51,413 bases of DNA from Candidatus Hodarchaeota archaeon (GTDB lineage: Archaea > Asgardarchaeota > Heimdallarchaeia > Hodarchaeales > Hodarchaeaceae): NCBI GenBank assembly GCA_029856365.1, contig JAHQWW010000017.1:1-51413 (forward strand). Direction: 5' to 3'. Of this stretch, positions 47,586-51,413 are shown piece by piece. A program made the position numbers and the translations under genes. Under the pieces are notes generated by a model that had not been told where the DNA came from, searched no databases, and saw only the letters and a list, made by a program, of their open reading frames with translations. Positions within the stretch are counted from its first letter, which is position 1. Every line of letters starts with the position of its first letter.

Positions 47586-48851
47586 TCAATCCGAAGTACT
47601 TGTGGAAGACGGTGGAGAGGTCAGATGCTTGGAAAGTACCTCATGTATTCTCAAGAACTCATTTTCTTCTGGAGTGTTTTCCTTTAAGATTGCAGCTAAT
47701 CTTTGAGCGTTCTCAACTCCTCTTGATTCACCCAATTTTGTGAAAAAACGGTCATATGTATTTGCATCAACCTCTGCCAATATGTCACCGACTCGTGTAT
47801 AATAATCTTCCGAAATTTCTGGATTTGACAATAGATCTATCAACAATGGCAAGCTAACCAGTTTTCGAGCCAAACAAACTTGTTTAATAACAGGTTGCTC
47901 TTCATCAGGAGCTTCTTCAAGGTATGCAATAAGCATCTTAAAGGCTTCATCACTCCCAATTTCTTGTAAAGCATAAATTGTTTGCAGCTTCGAATATTCC
48001 CGCGTTGCTTCGTTTCTTAGCAAACCGTCTAATACAGGAACACTACTAGCATGCCCTATCTTCCCCAAAATTTCTATAAGTCCTCCACACTGAATATCAT
48101 CAATACAATTTTGAACTGCATCAATTAGATAAGGTATTGCCATTTCGTGATAGCGTGTTAGAATTGCACGAATCATTCGATCTGTACGTTGATCAAACTT
48201 AGCAACCATTTTTATGAGCGGTTCAATCCCCCTCTCATCTTTCATTTCTTCTAACGCATATCCAGCAGAAACCCGTTCTTCAAGTCCCAGGGTTTCACTA
48301 GTCAGAACTTCATACATCTTCTCACTTGCAGGTGAGGCGTGTTCTTTCATAGCAGCAAGTATAAATGCGAATTGTTGTTTCATCTTTGCTGGCGCCCCAT
48401 TGTACACTTGTAATATTGAAGGAATCCTTTCTGGCCAACAGGCTTCCCACATAGGTTCTTTATGACATTTCTCGAATAATTCTACCTCAAAAGGTGAGAT
48501 TTGTTCAGCTCTACAAGAAAAAGATAATAATTTTCGCTGGAGAAATGGACATTTTGTGCGATAATTCATATAAGGTGCCCCACCCCGCCATGAAGCTAAT
48601 TTATATGCCCAAACGTTAAACCAACGAATAATGAGTGAATAAGTAAAAAAGAAAACAATCAGAGTACCTATAATGGTTCCAACGGAAATACTTCCAAAAA
48701 GTGGGATCAGTGCTATCAACCATTCATAGTACCCAAAGAATAAGATCCATAATATAGCAGTAAAAATTGTTGAAATAGAAGCATTCAGAAAGTCAATCAT
48801 AAAAATAGGGGGAGTAGTAGTTCCTACTTCATCAGGTTGTTCTAATTCCAT
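47586..48851 (-). CDS. Membrane-anchored HEAT (PBS-lyase-like) repeat protein
   Basis: Two N-terminal TM, a Cys cluster, and repeats such as AGYALEEMKDERGIEPLI, LGKIGHASSVPVL and ALQEIGSDEAFKML. Confidence 0.82.
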   Translation of the reverse strand: MELEQPDEVGTTTPPIFMIDFLNASISTIFTAILWILFFGYYEWLIALIPLFGSISVGTIIGTLIVFFFTYSLIIRWFNVWAYKLASWRGGAPYMNYRTKCPFLQRKLLSFSCRAEQISPFEVELFEKCHKEPMWEACWPERIPSILQVYNGAPAKMKQQFAFILAAMKEHASPASEKMYEVLTSETLGLEERVSAGYALEEMKDERGIEPLIKMVAKFDQRTDRMIRAILTRYHEMAIPYLIDAVQNCIDDIQCGGLIEILGKIGHASSVPVLDGLLRNEATREYSKLQTIYALQEIGSDEAFKMLIAYLEEAPDEEQPVIKQVCLARKLVSLPLLIDLLSNPEISEDYYTRVGDILAEVDANTYDRFFTKLGESRGVENAQRLAAILKENTPEENEFLRIHEVLSKHLTSPPSSTSTSD

Positions 48852-49291
48852 ATTTCCTTGACTCCTTAGAATAAATGAGAGATGGAGGTATTAGTGTCGT
48901 TTTATCACACAGAAAATATAATGTTTTGAATTTTTTGAATTGTCCTTGTATAAAACTATAAAGGAAAAGAAAGAGTGGACTGAGAGCTTATTGTGAATAG
49001 AGACAAAAGAACAATTTCAGGTTATGAGACAGCTTATACAGATTCCAGAGAAAAACATTCCCCTTTAACAACAAGTACTATTGGGGTTGATTAACATACA
49101 AAGAATTATTCTATTGAGTTCTTTCATATATTTGTGAAATACATCTTAAAATAATATTAGTAAATTTTGAATTCATGAAAATCATTAATTCGTCAAATTA
49201 TAGGTGGCAGATTATTGTTATATTTATTTACAAGAAAGACATCCAATACTTTAAAATCTCAAAAGAATTTTATTCTGAAGGAGAGAAGGAT

Positions 49292-50659
49292 GTGCGAATC
49301 TCTTATAGAATAATATCAAAAGAGTCTCTTTTCTATTATTTTGTACCAATATTATTAATTTTATTTTTACTCCCAACTACTACCCATCTTTCAATCCAGT
49401 ATATTAATCAGGACAATTTTGGTGGAAATCACATTGTAAAATCAATAACCGAAACAAATGATGACTTATTCATCGTTATCAGTGAAACGAGAGAGGGGTC
49501 TGAAATAACATCGATCTGGATAATGAAAATAGATAATCTTGGGGAAATAATCTGGGATACAACGCTTAATTTTAATTACGAGGATATTTATCGTATTTAT
49601 TACGGGAATGTAGTTTTTACACATGATAATGGTATAATAATACCAGTTAGGATTTTTCCTTATTGGAAACCAACTATTTATCAGATACTAAAGGTCGATG
49701 CACAAGGAGACTTCGAATGGGATTTAAAATTGGGGACGTTTGCCCTTCAGAGCTTGTTTGTATCTTCTAAAGGATTGATTTATGCAATTGGAATGGATTT
49801 TTACAGCGATCTGTCCCAAGTAATTTATAAGATTAACAAGTTTGGTCAATTTATTGAATTTATCACATTTAGCCCTAGTGACGGAATTGGGCGGCCTCGT
49901 ATCTTAGATATAACAGGAAATGATGCAGAGATAATTCTTTTAGGTGCCAAAAATAGAGGTGGTTTTTTAGGAATCTTTGACACTTTTTATAATTCATTTA
50001 CATGGAATATTTCAAGCCTAAATTGGGCGCCTATGGAATCATATGGCTTCATTAAAGATAATAATCGACTTTATTTCTACATGGGAGCTTACACAAATGA
50101 GTGGATTACACAGTTTTTTGAATTTATACCTGAATTAAGAAATATTACCCTCTTGTTTGAGTTAAATTGTACAGGTATAAGATACGGTTATAAAATTGCA
50201 GAGGGGTTTGTTTTACATTCATCAAGAAGTGGTTTATTGAAAATATTACAAAATAACGAAATAGAGATACATTATATTGATACATCCAGTGTATCAAATT
50301 ATGTATCACCTATTGTCGTGACTCGAAATGATGAAATCGTTCTAACAGGTTCGTATTATAACAAAAGGTACAATAATAATGATCCGGAGATAACTAAACT
50401 TAGTGTTGAAGGAAATGTGATATCTCAATGGCGTTATTCAAAGATTACTACCGAAACGATAATCCCTTATTATGTATTTTCCTTAATCATTGAACTCATT
50501 CCATATGGTTTATTCTTACATATTTATCGATTTCCCAAGGGTTGGTATAAGGCACCAAAGAGATTTTATAACAATAGAAAAGAAAGAATAATCGTTAATG
50601 TGAAGTCTGAGTTAAAAGACGCAGCTAAAAATAATAGTATAAATATAAAAGATAATTAA
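49292..50659 (+). CDS. Surface beta-propeller-like protein with N-terminal signal/TM and C-terminal TM anchor
   Basis: Repeats IWIMKIDNLGEIIW, ILKVDAQGDFEW and ITKLSVEGNVISQW; likely GTG start at 49292 (the track starts at 49175). Confidence 0.7.
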   Translation: MRISYRIISKESLFYYFVPILLILFLLPTTTHLSIQYINQDNFGGNHIVKSITETNDDLFIVISETREGSEITSIWIMKIDNLGEIIWDTTLNFNYEDIYRIYYGNVVFTHDNGIIIPVRIFPYWKPTIYQILKVDAQGDFEWDLKLGTFALQSLFVSSKGLIYAIGMDFYSDLSQVIYKINKFGQFIEFITFSPSDGIGRPRILDITGNDAEIILLGAKNRGGFLGIFDTFYNSFTWNISSLNWAPMESYGFIKDNNRLYFYMGAYTNEWITQFFEFIPELRNITLLFELNCTGIRYGYKIAEGFVLHSSRSGLLKILQNNEIEIHYIDTSSVSNYVSPIVVTRNDEIVLTGSYYNKRYNNNDPEITKLSVEGNVISQWRYSKITTETIIPYYVFSLIIELIPYGLFLHIYRFPKGWYKAPKRFYNNRKERIIVNVKSELKDAAKNNSINIKDN

Positions 50660-50711
50660 ACCTAATTGTGTTACAATTCCTAAAAATTTTTGAGCTAGAG
50701 GTAGATGGGAC

Positions 50712-51014
50712 TCAGTAAAGATGGTTACTTAAAGGGTGAGTATAATTAGAATTTAATATACTGGTTTTCGGAGGAGGAGATGGATCTTGAGAACTTCTTT
50801 TTTCTCGAATTACTGTTTCTCCATTAGCATATTGATCTACGATCATAAAATCAAGAGGATACTCATAACATTTTTCTTGTTCTAGATTTAATGATTCATC
50901 TTGATTCGTAGCACTCTCGACAATAAAATTATTAGACAAGATTATTGACGAAAAGACAAATCTTATAACTAGTAATATCTGAAAATTAGACAGATGGTTT
51001 TTGTTATTACGCAT
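50712..51014 (-). CDS. Short signal-peptide-bearing ORF, possibly a fragment of a secreted protein
   Basis: Basic then hydrophobic N-terminus, ends after 100 aa. Confidence 0.35.
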   Translation of the reverse strand: MRNNKNHLSNFQILLVIRFVFSSIILSNNFIVESATNQDESLNLEQEKCYEYPLDFMIVDQYANGETVIREKRSSQDPSPPPKTSILNSNYTHPLSNHLY

Positions 51015-51413
51015 TACTATTCTCTCATTCAGTTAACGCTATTTGTGAGCATTTTTTTTAAAGAAATTTGAATTGAAAAATAATGAACTATTTTTTTGAT
51101 ACGAGATTAAAAAACAGTAATGTGAAAGATAGAATTAAATATATTCCTAGTATCAATTCGATAGAATCTTATTGATTTTCTAAAACGAGTAAGCATCCTA
51201 AAAAACCCGTTGTTATTAATTTCTCATAGTAAAGGATTGAAAAAAAGGGATTTGCAATATAAATATTAATAAAAAAGAATAGCTAATTGCAAAATTCTTT
51301 TGATTTTTTCTCAAATGAGGTGAATAAATCAGAGACGGGAGAGAAAATTCAATGTGAAAAGGACAACAAAGAAGTCGCTAAATAAAAGCTTGTCAGCTTT
51401 AATTATAGAAATA

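Noticed and set aside
1956-48465. Many short antisense or nested ORFs in the track (e.g. 1956-2207, 3508-3765, 10855-11259, 18908-19144, 27935-28219, 32961-33218, 42608-42973, 48214-48465)
   Set aside because: They lie within well-supported genes on the opposite strand and show no motifs, so they are shadow ORFs.

Overview
AT-rich, gene-dense archaeal chromosome segment, most likely from an Asgard archaeon (Heimdallarchaeia/Hodarchaeales-like). This is inferred from GGTGA-type Shine-Dalgarno motifs, the archaeal markers Nep1, ADP-forming acyl-CoA synthetase and beta-CASP nuclease, and three candidate eukaryotic-signature proteins (one gelsolin-domain protein, two uDENN/longin-like proteins). 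From left to right it holds: (1) the start of a complex-I-like group 4 [NiFe]-hydrogenase operon (NuoA-like, small subunit, and a fused NuoC-NuoD large subunit with intact Ni ligands that the ORF track missed), with a NifX-like gene, malic enzyme and HycI protease; (2) an accessory island at about 5.7-11.6 kb with a double Lrp-like regulator, a truncated acetyl-CoA hydrolase, Cys-rich microproteins, TauE, and two promoters sharing a 20-bp tandem repeat; (3) a short bacterial-type AlaRS and a split glutamine-dependent NAD synthetase; (4) leucine-catabolism methylcrotonyl-CoA carboxylase genes interrupted by a 1.2-kb insert; (5) NfeD-like plus flotillin; (6) beta-CASP plus GvpD/KaiC-like ATPase; (7) mtnA-kinase-ACD, Fpg, LarC/LarB, gelsolin-Zn ribbon, YjjX, Nep1 and HEAT/beta-propeller membrane proteins. 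I saw no rRNA, tRNA, CRISPR array or recognisable transposase. All family calls come from motif recognition by eye, not database searches.
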